In this document: positions 41,582 through 51,504 of the stretch, in pieces
Position numbering within the stretch: the stretch's first letter is position 1
Layout: each line of letters begins with the position of its first letter
Assembly: GCA_038148375.1 (NCBI GenBank)
Contig: JAYQVH010000005.1
Coordinates: 43,441-107,440, forward strand
From: Rhodospirillaceae bacterium
Lineage (GTDB): Bacteria > Pseudomonadota > Alphaproteobacteria > Rhodospirillales > Rhodospirillaceae
Length of the DNA stretch: 64,000 nt
Direction of reading: 5' to 3'
Notes under the pieces: model-generated
Database searches by the model: none
What the model was told of the DNA's origin: nothing
The model's input: only the letters and a program-made list of their open reading frames with translations
Translations under genes and position numbers: made by a program

Positions 41582-42646
41582 ATGGCCGCTCGCAAATCCG
41601 CCACTGCAAAGTCCACGTCCAAGAAGGCGCCGGCGAAAAAAAGCCAGAACAAGGCCGCGTCCAAATCAACGTCTTCGGAGCCCAGCGCCGAGACGAAAAT
41701 CAAATTTTATAAAGATATGCTGTTGATCCGCCGCTTCGAGGAGCGTGCCGGGCAATTGTACGGCATGGGTTTGATCGGGGGCTTCTGCCATTTGTACATC
41801 GGGCAGGAAGCTGTCGTCGTCGGGTTGCAAGCCAATGTGGCCGACGCCGATACGGTCATCACCACCTATCGTGATCACGGTCATATGCTCGCCTGCGGCA
41901 TGGATCCGAAAGGCGTGATGGCGGAACTGACGGGCCGCGAAGACGGTTACTCGCGCGGTAAAGGCGGCTCGATGCACATGTTCAGCCGCGAAAAAGGATT
42001 TTTCGGCGGCCACGGCATTGTCGGCGCTTCGGTGCCGATCGGCACTGGTTTGGCCTTTTCCCACAAATACAACGAAGACGGCGGAATCAATTACTGCTAC
42101 TTCGGCGACGGCGCGGTCAATCAAGGCCAGGTGTATGAAGCGTTCAACATGGCGGCGCTGTGGAAACTGCCTGTCGTGTACGTCATCGAAAACAACAAGT
42201 ACGGCATGGGCACATCGGTCGAACGGGCGTCCGCGTCAACGGATCTGCACCGCCGGGGTGAGGCCTACGGAATTCCGGGCAAAGTCGTCAACGGCATGGA
42301 CGTTTCCGAGGTCTACAAAGCCGGCCAGGAAGCCGTCGCTCACATCAAAAGCGGCAAGGGACCGATCATCCTCGAGATGAAAACATACCGGTACCGTGGG
42401 CACTCCATGTCCGATCCGGCGAAGTACCGTTCAAAAGACGAATTGTCGAAGATGCGCACAGAAAACGACCCGATTGACCGGTTGCGCCAGAAACTGATCG
42501 ACGAAAAGGTGATGGGCGAAGACGAATTCAAACAGATCGACAAAGACATCAAGGCCCGGGTGACCGAAGCGGCCGAATTCGCACAATCGTCTCCGGAACC
42601 GGATGCCAGTGAGCTGTTTACCGACATTCTGCGCGACGTTGCGTAG
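41582..42646 (+). CDS. pdhA: pyruvate dehydrogenase E1 alpha subunit
   Basis: Start set at MAARKSATAK after GGGGAG. Motifs FCHLYIGQEA, YRDHGH and GDGAVNQGQVYE. Confidence 0.95.
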   Translation: MAARKSATAKSTSKKAPAKKSQNKAASKSTSSEPSAETKIKFYKDMLLIRRFEERAGQLYGMGLIGGFCHLYIGQEAVVVGLQANVADADTVITTYRDHGHMLACGMDPKGVMAELTGREDGYSRGKGGSMHMFSREKGFFGGHGIVGASVPIGTGLAFSHKYNEDGGINYCYFGDGAVNQGQVYEAFNMAALWKLPVVYVIENNKYGMGTSVERASASTDLHRRGEAYGIPGKVVNGMDVSEVYKAGQEAVAHIKSGKGPIILEMKTYRYRGHSMSDPAKYRSKDELSKMRTENDPIDRLRQKLIDEKVMGEDEFKQIDKDIKARVTEAAEFAQSSPEPDASELFTDILRDVA

Positions 42647-42721
42647 CAACAATAAGCAAAGCACTCGATCACACTGAGTGCGCAACATGCCTGCAAGGGT
42701 TTTGCAAGGGAGAACCAATCC

Positions 42722-44104
42722 TTGGCGACGGAAATTCTAATGCCTGCGTTATCGCCGACCATGACCGAGGGCACGCTCTCGAAGTGGCTGGTGAAGGAAG
42801 GCGACACGGTGTCGGCGGGGGATGTCATTGCCGAGATCGAAACCGACAAAGCGACGATTGAACTCGAGGCTGTCGACGAAGGAACACTCGGCAAGATTCT
42901 GGTGTCCGAGGGCACGGAAGGCGTCGAGGTCAACAAGCCGATCGGCGTGTTGCTGGAAGAGGGTGAGGACGCCTCCGATATAGATAGCGAGGTATCTTCT
43001 AACGCCAAGCCGGCCGCTGAGTCTGAGCCAGAAACAGATGCCGAGCCGGCAGAACAGGCGCCGCGCCGTCCGGCGGCACCGAAACCGGTGATCGACGCGG
43101 ATGAACCGGACCTTGGCGAAACCCAGGAACTGACGGTGCGCGAAGCCTTGCGCGATGCGATGGCCGAGGAAATGCGCAAGGACGACAAGGTGTTCCTGAT
43201 GGGCGAGGAAGTCGCCGAATACCAGGGCGCTTACAAAGTCAGCCAGGGTCTGCTGGATGAATTCGGCGCCAAGCGCGTCATCGACACACCGATCACCGAG
43301 CATGGCTTTGCCGGTCTCGGCGTTGGCGCGGCCTTCGGCAAACTCAAACCCATTGTCGAATTCATGACCTTCAACTTCGCCATGCAGGCGATTGACCAGA
43401 TCATCAACTCCGCTGCCAAGACACTGTATATGTCCGGCGGCCAGATGGGCTGCCCGATTGTTTTCCGCGGACCGAACGGCGCGGCGTCACGTGTCGGGGC
43501 GCAGCACTCGCAATGTTATGCGGCGTGGTACGCGCACGTGCCCGGCCACAAGGTCGTGGCGCCTTGGTCCGGTGCGGATGCCAAGGGGTTGCTGAAAGCC
43601 GCGATCCGCGATCCGAACCCGGTCATCGTGCTGGAAAACGAATTGCTCTACGGCCAGAAGTTCGATGTCCCGGTGAGCGACGACTACGTTCTCCCGATCG
43701 GCAAGGCAAAGATCGAGCGCGAAGGGTCCGACGTCACCATCACGGCCTTTACGATCATGGTCGGCAAGGCGTTGGAAGCCGCGGAGAGACTGGCGGACGA
43801 GGGAATCTCCGCCGAGGTCATCAATCTGCGCAGCCTGCGCCCGCTGGACTCCGCAACGATCATCAAGTCGGTGCAGAAAACCAACCGGTGTGTCTCCTGC
43901 GAAGAAGGTTTTCCGTTCTCCGGTATCGGCGCCGAAATCTCCGCGCAAATTATGGAAAGCGCGTTTGATTATCTCGACGCGCCTGTGACCCGTGTCACCG
44001 GCGAAGACGTGCCGATGCCGTACGCCGCTAATTTAGAAAAACTCGCGCTGCCGCAAGTCGACAACATCGTCGCTGCAGCCAAAGCCGTGTGTTACCGCGA
44101 CTGA
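42722..44104 (+). CDS. pdhB: pyruvate dehydrogenase E1 beta subunit with an N-terminal lipoyl domain
   Basis: Lipoyl domain [13 protein letters not shown]...[12 protein letters not shown], followed by a transketolase-like core. The start is either the TTG at 42722 or the ATG at 42740; this is not resolved. Confidence 0.95.
   Translation: MATEILMPALSPTMTEGTLSKWLVKEGDTVSAGDVIAEIETDKATIELEAVDEGTLGKILVSEGTEGVEVNKPIGVLLEEGEDASDIDSEVSSNAKPAAESEPETDAEPAEQAPRRPAAPKPVIDADEPDLGETQELTVREALRDAMAEEMRKDDKVFLMGEEVAEYQGAYKVSQGLLDEFGAKRVIDTPITEHGFAGLGVGAAFGKLKPIVEFMTFNFAMQAIDQIINSAAKTLYMSGGQMGCPIVFRGPNGAASRVGAQHSQCYAAWYAHVPGHKVVAPWSGADAKGLLKAAIRDPNPVIVLENELLYGQKFDVPVSDDYVLPIGKAKIEREGSDVTITAFTIMVGKALEAAERLADEGISAEVINLRSLRPLDSATIIKSVQKTNRCVSCEEGFPFSGIGAEISAQIMESAFDYLDAPVTRVTGEDVPMPYAANLEKLALPQVDNIVAAAKAVCYRD
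42902..42960 (+). repeat. lipoyl-domain nucleotide repeat, copy 1 (in pdhB)
   Basis: 59 nt that differ at only 2 positions from 44308-44366. The first 38 nt (gtgtccgagggcacggaaggcgtcgaggtcaacaagcc) are identical. Confidence 0.9.
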
Positions 44105-44127
44105 TCGCGGTTTAAAGGACCGAACCT

Positions 44128-45429
44128 ATGCCTATCAATATTCTGATGCCAGCTCTGTCTCCCACCATGACGGAAGGGAAACTCGCCAAGTGGCTGGTCA
44201 AAGAGGGGGACGACGTTTCGTCCGGTGACATCATCGCCGAGATCGAGACCGACAAAGCGACGATGGAATTGGAAGCCGTCGACGAAGGCAAGATTGGCAA
44301 AATTCTTGTGTCCGAGGGCACGGAAGGCGTCGAGGTCAACAAGCCCATCGGCGTGCTGCTGGAAGAAGGAGAGGACGCCGGCGACATAGGCGACGCTGCG
44401 GCCGCCGCTTCTGCACCGGTACCGAAGAAAGAAAAGAAGGAACAGAAAGCCGAAGCGCCGGCGAAAGCGGAGCCTGCGCCGGAGCCAAAGAAATCTGCAC
44501 CTGCGCCTACGACCGCGCCGCCGTCTGCTGACTCAGACCGCGTCGTGGCAAGCCCGCTGGCCAAGCGTATTGCTGAGAATGCGGGTGTGGATCTCGGCTC
44601 AATCAAAGGCAGCGGACCGAATGGCCGCATTGTCAAAGCCGATGTCGAAGCCGCGATCTCTGGCGGCACGGCGAAAAAGGGCGCGGCCGCAGCGCCTGCA
44701 TCGGCGGTCAGCAGCGCCTCTGCTGATGTTCCGGATTACGGTCAGGCGTACACCGAGGAACCGAACTCGTCCGTGCGCAAGATCATCGCGCGGCGCTTGC
44801 TGGAAGCGAAGCAGACGATCCCGCATTTCTATCTCACCATTGATTGCGTCATCGATGATCTGCTCGGCCTGCGCAAGTCCTTGAACGCGCGCGACGGCGC
44901 CGATTACAAGCTGTCGGTCAACGACTTCGTCATCAAGGCGTGTGCGTTGGCGATGAAGAAAGTTCCGATGGCCAACGCGACGTGGACCGACGAAGCGATC
45001 CGTCTGTATGACAACGTCGATGTGTCCGTCGCTGTGGCCACGGACGGCGGGTTAATCACCCCGATCATCCGCAACGCCGATCGAAAAGGCCTGGCCGCCA
45101 TCTCAAATGAGATGAAGGAACTGGCCGGCCGCGCCCGCGACAACAAACTCGCGCCGGAAGAATACCAAGGAGGCGGGTTCTCGATTTCGAATCTCGGCAT
45201 GTACGGCATCAAGGAATTTTCCGCGATCATCAATCCGCCGCAAAGCGCGATCTTAGCGGTTGGGGCTGGTGAGCAGCGCCCGGTTGTCAAAGATGGCGCG
45301 CTGGCCGTCGCGACTGTGATGACCTGCACGCTGTCTTGCGACCACCGCGTTGTCGATGGAGCGGTGGGTGCCGAGTTTCTCGCCGCCTTCAAGCCGCTGA
45401 TTGAAGATCCGCTGAGCCTGATGCTGTAG
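44128..45429 (+). CDS. pdhC: dihydrolipoamide acetyltransferase (PDH E2)
   Basis: Lipoyl domain, an E3-binding region ([16 protein letters not shown]), and a catalytic domain with DHRVVDG. Confidence 0.95.
   Translation: MPINILMPALSPTMTEGKLAKWLVKEGDDVSSGDIIAEIETDKATMELEAVDEGKIGKILVSEGTEGVEVNKPIGVLLEEGEDAGDIGDAAAAASAPVPKKEKKEQKAEAPAKAEPAPEPKKSAPAPTTAPPSADSDRVVASPLAKRIAENAGVDLGSIKGSGPNGRIVKADVEAAISGGTAKKGAAAAPASAVSSASADVPDYGQAYTEEPNSSVRKIIARRLLEAKQTIPHFYLTIDCVIDDLLGLRKSLNARDGADYKLSVNDFVIKACALAMKKVPMANATWTDEAIRLYDNVDVSVAVATDGGLITPIIRNADRKGLAAISNEMKELAGRARDNKLAPEEYQGGGFSISNLGMYGIKEFSAIINPPQSAILAVGAGEQRPVVKDGALAVATVMTCTLSCDHRVVDGAVGAEFLAAFKPLIEDPLSLML
44308..44366 (+). repeat. lipoyl-domain nucleotide repeat, copy 2 (in pdhC)
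   Basis: See copy 1. The lipoyl domains of PdhB and PdhC are nearly identical at the protein level over about 75 aa. Confidence 0.9.
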
Positions 45430-45440
45430 GCGGGACGGAC

Positions 45441-46838
45441 ATGGCAGATACAAATTTCGACCTCATTGTTATTGGCGGCGGGCCCGGCGGTTACGTCACC
45501 GCGATCCGCGGTTCCCAACTCGGGATGAAGACCGCGCTGGTCGAACGCGAACATCTCGGCGGCATTTGCCTGAACTGGGGCTGCATACCCACCAAAGCGT
45601 TGCTGCGGACGTCGGAAGTCTATCACCTGATGCAGCATGCCGAGGACTTTGGCCTGTCGGTGAAAGACGTAAAGTTCGACATCAAGAAAGTCGTCGAACG
45701 CTCACGCAAAGTCGCCGGGCGTCTGTCCGGCGGCGTCGGCATGCTGATGAAGAAGAATAAGATTCAAGTGTTCGACGGCCACGGCGCTCTCGCTGGCAAA
45801 GGGCAGGTCAAAGTCGCCAAGGACAAGAAAGACGTTGCGACCCTGAAGGCCAAGCACATCATCCTGGCGACCGGCGCGCGGGCGCGCACGCTGCCCGGCC
45901 TGGAGCCGGACGGCAAACTGATCTGGACGTACAAAGAAGCCATGGTGCCTGAGTCCATGCCGAAGTCGCTGCTGGTTATCGGATCGGGCGCCATCGGGAT
46001 CGAGTTCGCGAGCTTCTATCGGACTCTCGGCGCAGAGGTGACCGTGGTCGAAGTGCTCGACCGGATCCTTCCGGTCGAAGACGAGGAAATTTCAGCGTTC
46101 GCCCACAAAGCTTTCAAGAAGCAGGGCATGAACATCATCACCGGCGCGTCGGTGAAGGAGCTCAAGACCGGCAAGGACAACGTCACCGCGACCATCGACA
46201 AGGGCGGTAAGACCGAGAAGGTGACGGTCGACCGGGTGATCCTCGCTGTCGGCATCGTCGGCAATGTGGAAAACATCGGCCTCGAAAACACCAAGGTGAA
46301 GGTCGAGAAGACCCACGTCGTCACCGGAAAATACAGCGAGACGGATGAGCCGGGCGTTTACGCCATCGGCGATCTCACCGGTCCGCCGTGGCTGGCGCAC
46401 AAGGCGAGCCATGAAGGGGTGATCTGCGTTGAGAAGATCGCTGGCCAGAATCCGCACCCGCTCAACACGTCGCGCATCCCTGGCTGTACATACTGCCATC
46501 CGCAGATCGCCAGCGTCGGCATGACCGAAGCCAAAGCCAAGGAGGCGGGCCATAAGGTTCGCGTCGGCCGCTTTTCCTTCGTCGGCAACGGCAAGGCGAT
46601 TGCCCTGGGCGATGACCAGGGGCTGGTGAAGACCATATTCGACGACAAGACCGGGGAGCTTCTGGGCGCGCACATGGTCGGGGCCGAAGTGACCGAGCTG
46701 ATTCAGGGTTATGCCGTGGCGCAAACCCTCGAAACCACCGAGGCGGAACTGTTGGAAACCGTGTTCCCGCATCCGACCCTCTCGGAGATGATGCACGAAG
46801 CTGTGCTTGATGCGTACGGCCGGGTGATCCATTTATAA
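45441..46838 (+). CDS. lpdA: dihydrolipoyl dehydrogenase (E3)
   Basis: DLIVIGGGPGGY, redox-active GGICLNWGCIPTK, and C-terminal HPTLSE. Confidence 0.95.
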   Translation: MADTNFDLIVIGGGPGGYVTAIRGSQLGMKTALVEREHLGGICLNWGCIPTKALLRTSEVYHLMQHAEDFGLSVKDVKFDIKKVVERSRKVAGRLSGGVGMLMKKNKIQVFDGHGALAGKGQVKVAKDKKDVATLKAKHIILATGARARTLPGLEPDGKLIWTYKEAMVPESMPKSLLVIGSGAIGIEFASFYRTLGAEVTVVEVLDRILPVEDEEISAFAHKAFKKQGMNIITGASVKELKTGKDNVTATIDKGGKTEKVTVDRVILAVGIVGNVENIGLENTKVKVEKTHVVTGKYSETDEPGVYAIGDLTGPPWLAHKASHEGVICVEKIAGQNPHPLNTSRIPGCTYCHPQIASVGMTEAKAKEAGHKVRVGRFSFVGNGKAIALGDDQGLVKTIFDDKTGELLGAHMVGAEVTELIQGYAVAQTLETTEAELLETVFPHPTLSEMMHEAVLDAYGRVIHL

Positions 46839-46841
46839 GCC

Positions 46842-47765
46842 ATGACCGAAGTAGCCCCCATAAAGGACCAGCCCAAGCGCGCGCCCAAGCCGGATTGGCT
46901 TCGGGTGAAGGCGCCGACGTCGCCGGAGTACGGTCAGACCCGCAAGCTGATGCGCGATCTGAACCTGCACACGGTGTGCGAAGAGGCGGCCTGTCCGAAC
47001 ATCGGGGAGTGCTGGGCGCAAAAGCACGCGACCATGATGATCCTAGGGGACACCTGCACCCGCGCCTGCGCCTTCTGCAACATCAAGACCGGCAAGCCGA
47101 ACAAGGTGGATGCGGACGAACCTCAACATGTCGCCGAAGCGGTCGCCAATCTCGGACTGCGTCACGTGGTTATCACGTCCGTTGACCGCGATGACCTCGA
47201 GGACGGCGGCGCCGCGCACTGGGTTGCGGTCATCGAAGCCGTCCGCGCCGCATGCCCGGACACGACCATCGAAGTCCTGACGCCCGACTTCCGCAAGAAA
47301 CTCGGCTCGACGGATTTGGTCGCGGCGGCGAAGCCGGACGTGTTCAACCATAATCTTGAGACCGTGCCGCGGCTGTACCGCAGCATTCGCCCCGGGGCCC
47401 GATACTTCACGAGCCTGCGCTTGCTTGAGCGCGTCAAGGAAGTGGTCCCGTCGGTGTTTACCAAGAGCGGCATCATGGTCGGCCTCGGCGAAGAGAAAGA
47501 CGAGGTGCTGCAGGTCATGGACGATATGCGCGCCGCTGACGTCGATTTCCTGACCATCGGCCAGTACCTGCAGCCGACGCCGCGCCACGCGCCGGTCGAC
47601 CGGTTCGTCACACCGGATGAATTCGCCGAATACGAAAAATTGGCCCGCGCCAAGGGTTTCCTGATGGTTTCGGCCAGCCCGCTGACACGCTCGTCCTACC
47701 ACGCCGATGCCGATTTCGCGCGCCTGCGCGATGCCCGGGAGGCGAAACTCGCCGCCGCCCGCTAA
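46842..47765 (+). CDS. lipA: lipoyl synthase
   Basis: [13 protein letters not shown] plus the radical-SAM motif CTRACAFCN. Confidence 0.95.
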   Translation: MTEVAPIKDQPKRAPKPDWLRVKAPTSPEYGQTRKLMRDLNLHTVCEEAACPNIGECWAQKHATMMILGDTCTRACAFCNIKTGKPNKVDADEPQHVAEAVANLGLRHVVITSVDRDDLEDGGAAHWVAVIEAVRAACPDTTIEVLTPDFRKKLGSTDLVAAAKPDVFNHNLETVPRLYRSIRPGARYFTSLRLLERVKEVVPSVFTKSGIMVGLGEEKDEVLQVMDDMRAADVDFLTIGQYLQPTPRHAPVDRFVTPDEFAEYEKLARAKGFLMVSASPLTRSSYHADADFARLRDAREAKLAAAR

Positions 47766-47785
47766 GCCCGGAACACCGCGCGCCC

Positions 47786-48223
47786 ATGGCTGTTCACAAC
47801 GAAACGCGCATTCTTCCTTACACACCGGAACAGGTGTTTGAGCTCGTCGCCGACGTCGAGCGCTATCCGCAATTCCTGCCGTGGTGCGTGGCCTGCCGCA
47901 TCACCAAACGTCTTGACGACGGTTTTGAAGCCGACCTTGCGATTGGATTTAAGATGGTGCGGGAGAAGTTTTCATCCCGCGTGACTTTGAACCGGCCGGA
48001 CAAGATTGTCGTGGGCTACAAAGACGGACCGTTTAGCTATCTCAGCAACACTTGGAATTTTAAGCCCGGTCCCGACGGGAAGGGGACGCAGGTCGACTTC
48101 CACCTGGAATTCGAATTCCGGTCGCGCATGCTGCAGTCGATTATCGGCGTGCTGTTCGAGGAGGCGGTGCGGCGCATGGTGGGCGCGTTTGAAGCCCGCG
48201 CCAAAGAGCTTTACGGGTCCTGA
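47786..48223 (+). CDS. SRPBCC/START-fold protein (RatA / COQ10-like)
   Basis: 145 aa with VADVERYPQFLPWC. Sits in the conserved position after lipA in alphaproteobacteria. Confidence 0.8.
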   Translation: MAVHNETRILPYTPEQVFELVADVERYPQFLPWCVACRITKRLDDGFEADLAIGFKMVREKFSSRVTLNRPDKIVVGYKDGPFSYLSNTWNFKPGPDGKGTQVDFHLEFEFRSRMLQSIIGVLFEEAVRRMVGAFEARAKELYGS

Positions 48224-48772
48224 TCAGGCCTGCATCTCGTCTTCTTCGTCGTCCTCAAAATATTCATCGGGTTCTTCGAGGCGGCTGAGCATTAATTCAA
48301 GGGCGGCGCCAACGGTTGAACGGCGGATATCGTCACGCGTTCCGGCAAAAACGTATCGTTTCACCACCGCGTCCTCGCCGCGTTCCGCGAGCGACAGATA
48401 GACAAGTCCGACCGGTTTGTCGGCGGAGCCGCCGCCGGGACCGGCAATGCCGGTGACGGCGACCGCGATGTCCGCGCCTGAATGCGCGACGGCACCTTCG
48501 GCCATGGCCGCGGCGACGATGTCACTCACCGCGCCGAACTCCGAGATCGCATCGGATGGCACACCCAGCAGGCGTGTCTTAGATTCGTTCGCGTAGGTCA
48601 CAAATCCAGAAATAAATACATCTGAGGAGCCGGGGACGGCTGTGAGACAACTTGAGATCAGTCCGCCCGTGCAGGACTCAGCCGTTGCCAGGCATTTGCC
48701 GTGATCTGCCGCAGCCTGGATGACGGCGGCGGCCATACTTGTGAGATCGTCCGGGAGCGTCGCCAAATTCAA
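48224..48772 (-). CDS. CinA-family nicotinamide-nucleotide amidohydrolase domain protein
   Basis: TAESCTGGLISS and GIAGPGGG motifs, with an acidic C-terminal tail. Confidence 0.85.
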   Translation of the reverse strand: MNLATLPDDLTSMAAAVIQAAADHGKCLATAESCTGGLISSCLTAVPGSSDVFISGFVTYANESKTRLLGVPSDAISEFGAVSDIVAAAMAEGAVAHSGADIAVAVTGIAGPGGGSADKPVGLVYLSLAERGEDAVVKRYVFAGTRDDIRRSTVGAALELMLSRLEEPDEYFEDDEEDEMQA

Positions 48773-49221
48773 GAACCCAATGCCAGCGAGACAACGTATG
48801 TGAGCAGACCCGCATAAACTGCGGCCGCGATATCGTCAATCATAACGCCGAGCGCGCCTGGGACGTTGCGCTCCAAGGTCCGGATCGGCCAGGGCTTGAA
48901 AATGTCAAATACCCGAAACGCGATGAATCCAACGGCGTAGATCAGGGGCTCGGGCGTGACAAAAGCGAGCGTCAGCCATTGGCCGGCCACTTCGTCAATG
49001 ACAACCCAGCCCGGGTCGTGGCCGGCGTCTGGCGTCTTGGCGGCAACGGCCCAGCCAATGAGGAACGCCAGACCGGCGGCTGCAACCAGTCCGATCGGTC
49101 CCCAAGTGCTGAAAATGATCCAGGCGAAGGGTAGTGCCGCCAACGATCCTGCGGTTCCGGGCGCTTTCGGAGCGTATCCGGTTCCGAACCATGAAAGCGT
49201 CAATCTGGCTAAAAAATTCAC
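48769..49221 (-). CDS. pgpA: phosphatidylglycerophosphatase A
   Basis: 150 aa with GTGYAPKAPGTAGSLAA and DPGWVVIDEVAGQW motifs. Confidence 0.85.
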   Translation of the reverse strand: MNFLARLTLSWFGTGYAPKAPGTAGSLAALPFAWIIFSTWGPIGLVAAAGLAFLIGWAVAAKTPDAGHDPGWVVIDEVAGQWLTLAFVTPEPLIYAVGFIAFRVFDIFKPWPIRTLERNVPGALGVMIDDIAAAVYAGLLTYVVSLALGS

Positions 49222-49579
49222 GTTTTCCGCGTTCTTTCTCTATCTAATCGCCATGCGTGCGCATATCTGACAACGGTCCGCCTAACGCTCGGATCATGTG
49301 TAATAGGGCACTGGCCGGTGTCAGGAGCGACAAAGTTTGTACCAGAAGTGGCGTGTGGCGTCTTTGTGTTTGAAATATCTACCAAAAATCGACACAATCC
49401 GCCCATTGGGCTATCTGGACCGGACGGCCGGTCCATGTATGTGGGGTTTCTTAATACATTCGGGGCACACCCTCAGCGGACGGGGCCTGAAATAAAAATT
49501 AAGTTCGCCCATCACCTGCTGCCGATTGCCTTGTCGCTTTGGGTTAGCGGACGGTGGAGTTGTGTTCTTGGGGAAGCGC

Positions 49580-50983
49580 ATGTCGAAGTTTGATCCGAAT
49601 GACCGCAGCCTTTCGTCGTTTCAGCGACGACTGCAAAGATTCTTTCCAGAGCGGCAAATCATATTGCGCACCGAAGAGCGGATGCGCACGTTGCGGCTCA
49701 CGACGATGCGTCAGGCCATCGCGACGTGTTTTGTTTCCGTGGTCGGCGTCTGGTTGCTGATCAGTTCCGGATTGGTTGTCAGTCACAGTGACCGCATCCG
49801 CGCGAAGGAAAGTGAAATCAAAGACGCGCGATCCGGCTATGAACAATTGCTCGCTCAGTTAACCGTATACAAGAAGCGCATCGACTCAATTACAGACGAC
49901 CTCAACGACAACAACTCGCGTATGGTCAATCTCATCGACCGGCAGGTGACGCTGCTGGATCGGAAAACACCCCAAGGCGCATTGGCCTCGGCAGCGCGCC
50001 AGCGCAAACCTGACCTCGAAAGCCGCAATTCAGACGATGCGGATTGGACAACGGATCCGGAGGAGATCGAGGTCGCGATTGGCCGAGTTGAACTCGAACG
50101 TCTGCGCGTTGCCGAAGAGCGCGCGGCGTTGCGCCAGCAGCTGACCCAGCTCAAAACTGACATGACCGACGTGTCGCGCGTGCACGCGGGGACTGATTAC
50201 ATCGATCCGAATGCCTTGGACGTTCGCCAGCTCGTTATAGAGCGCGATCTCGCGGCAAGTGAGCGTGACACGCTGAATTCAAAGGTCGTTGAACTCGAAG
50301 ATCAAATTCGCGAAATGGAGAGCACGCAACTTCTGCTGTTCCATCGTTTCGCGGAAGTGGCCGACGAAAAGATCGAGCACATCGAAGCATCGCTCGATGG
50401 AACCGGGCTAGAGGTCGACGCCTTGCTGGAAAACCGCCGCGGTGAGTTCGGCAGCGGTGGTCCGTTTATCCCGCTCGAATCCGTGCCGCGGGAGCAGGGG
50501 CCGCTCCATGAGTCGCTGGTGTCGCTGAATCTTCAGCTCGAGCGCTTGACGGAGCTGCAAAACCTGGCCGCCGTCATGCCCTTGGAAAAGCCATTGTCGA
50601 AATACTGGATCACCAGCGGTTTTGGGGTGCGAAAAGACCCGTTTACCGGCGGATATGCCCGCCATCTCGGCCTGGATTTTGGCGGTCCGTATAAATCCCC
50701 GGTTTTAAGTCCGGGCGAGGGCAAGGTAATCCACGCCGGATGGCGCGGGAAATATGGCCGTATGGTCGAGGTCGACCACGGCATGGGGTTAACCTCCCGC
50801 TATGGCCATTTGGCCAAAGTTTCTGTAGAAGAAGGGGAATATGTCGGTCGCGGAACCGAACTTGGCCTCCTGGGAAACAGCGGCCGGAGCTCTGGGCCGC
50901 ACCTTCATTTCGAAGTGCTTTACGGTGGGAAACAGTTGAACCCACTCAAGTTCATCAGAGCTGGCAGCGATGTTCTCAAATAA
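49580..50983 (+). CDS. membrane-anchored coiled-coil M23 family metallopeptidase
   Basis: Start set at MSKFDPNDRS. One TM segment, a long coiled coil, and a C-terminal M23 domain (HLGLDFGG, VDHGMGLTSRYGHL, GRSSGPHLHFEV). Confidence 0.85.
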   Translation: MSKFDPNDRSLSSFQRRLQRFFPERQIILRTEERMRTLRLTTMRQAIATCFVSVVGVWLLISSGLVVSHSDRIRAKESEIKDARSGYEQLLAQLTVYKKRIDSITDDLNDNNSRMVNLIDRQVTLLDRKTPQGALASAARQRKPDLESRNSDDADWTTDPEEIEVAIGRVELERLRVAEERAALRQQLTQLKTDMTDVSRVHAGTDYIDPNALDVRQLVIERDLAASERDTLNSKVVELEDQIREMESTQLLLFHRFAEVADEKIEHIEASLDGTGLEVDALLENRRGEFGSGGPFIPLESVPREQGPLHESLVSLNLQLERLTELQNLAAVMPLEKPLSKYWITSGFGVRKDPFTGGYARHLGLDFGGPYKSPVLSPGEGKVIHAGWRGKYGRMVEVDHGMGLTSRYGHLAKVSVEEGEYVGRGTELGLLGNSGRSSGPHLHFEVLYGGKQLNPLKFIRAGSDVLK

Positions 50984-51017
50984 AACAAACGGGCAAGCAC
51001 AAGGACAGGGCGCACGC

Positions 51018-51449
51018 ATGAGCGAAGGTCAAACCAAATCTGTTCCGTCGATTATCAGCATCGATTTGTCCGTTCAGGGTAATTTGTCGAGCAACGGCGA
51101 AATCCAGGTTGATGGCACCGTCAACGGCGATATTGCATGCAAGGCTCTCATCGTCGGGACAAAGGGATCCGTCAGCGGAGAAGTGAAAGCACAGACCGTG
51201 CGTATTCACGGCAGCATCAAAGGCCAAGTCAAAGCCAAGTCGGTGTTTTTGGCATCGACCGCTCAGATGTCAGGCGACATCGAGCACGAAAGCGTTGCCA
51301 TCGAGCCCGGCGCGTTCATGGAAGGGCATTGCAAACGCATCGCCACGGAAGCGCCGCAACCGGCTAAGTCCGAACCAGTGGAAATCAAAGCAAACCTCCG
51401 TCCGGCAAAACTGGAGGAGGCGGCTGTCGCCCAAGCAGCGGCGTCGTAA
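51018..51449 (+). CDS. bactofilin (polymer-forming cytoskeletal protein)
   Basis: Repetitive beta-helix sequence VQGNLSSNGEIQVDGTVNGDIACKALIVGTKGSVSGEVKAQTVRIHGSIKGQV. The start is the ATG at 51018 (or 50970, overlapping the peptidase gene). Confidence 0.85.
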   Translation: MSEGQTKSVPSIISIDLSVQGNLSSNGEIQVDGTVNGDIACKALIVGTKGSVSGEVKAQTVRIHGSIKGQVKAKSVFLASTAQMSGDIEHESVAIEPGAFMEGHCKRIATEAPQPAKSEPVEIKANLRPAKLEEAAVAQAAAS

Positions 51450-51473
51450 CACGTCATTCATCGAGAATGAAAC

Positions 51474-51500
51474 AAGGCCGGCCAATGCCGGCCTTTTTCT
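51474..51500. terminator. Rho-independent terminator between bactofilin and the convergent slt gene
   Basis: aaggccggc-caat-gccggcctt hairpin followed by tttt. Confidence 0.7.
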
Positions 51501-51504
51501 ATGC

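Noticed and set aside
47786-48223. RatA-family gene as a toxin-antitoxin or defence module.
   Set aside because: There is no adjacent antitoxin. The gene occupies the conserved lipA-downstream position of the housekeeping SRPBCC/COQ10-like protein.
49417-49434. The palindrome ggaccgg-acgg-ccggtcc in the 358-nt gap upstream of the M23 peptidase, as a possible sRNA or terminator.
   Set aside because: It is an isolated short hairpin with no T-run and no recognisable promoter. The evidence is insufficient to call an RNA gene.
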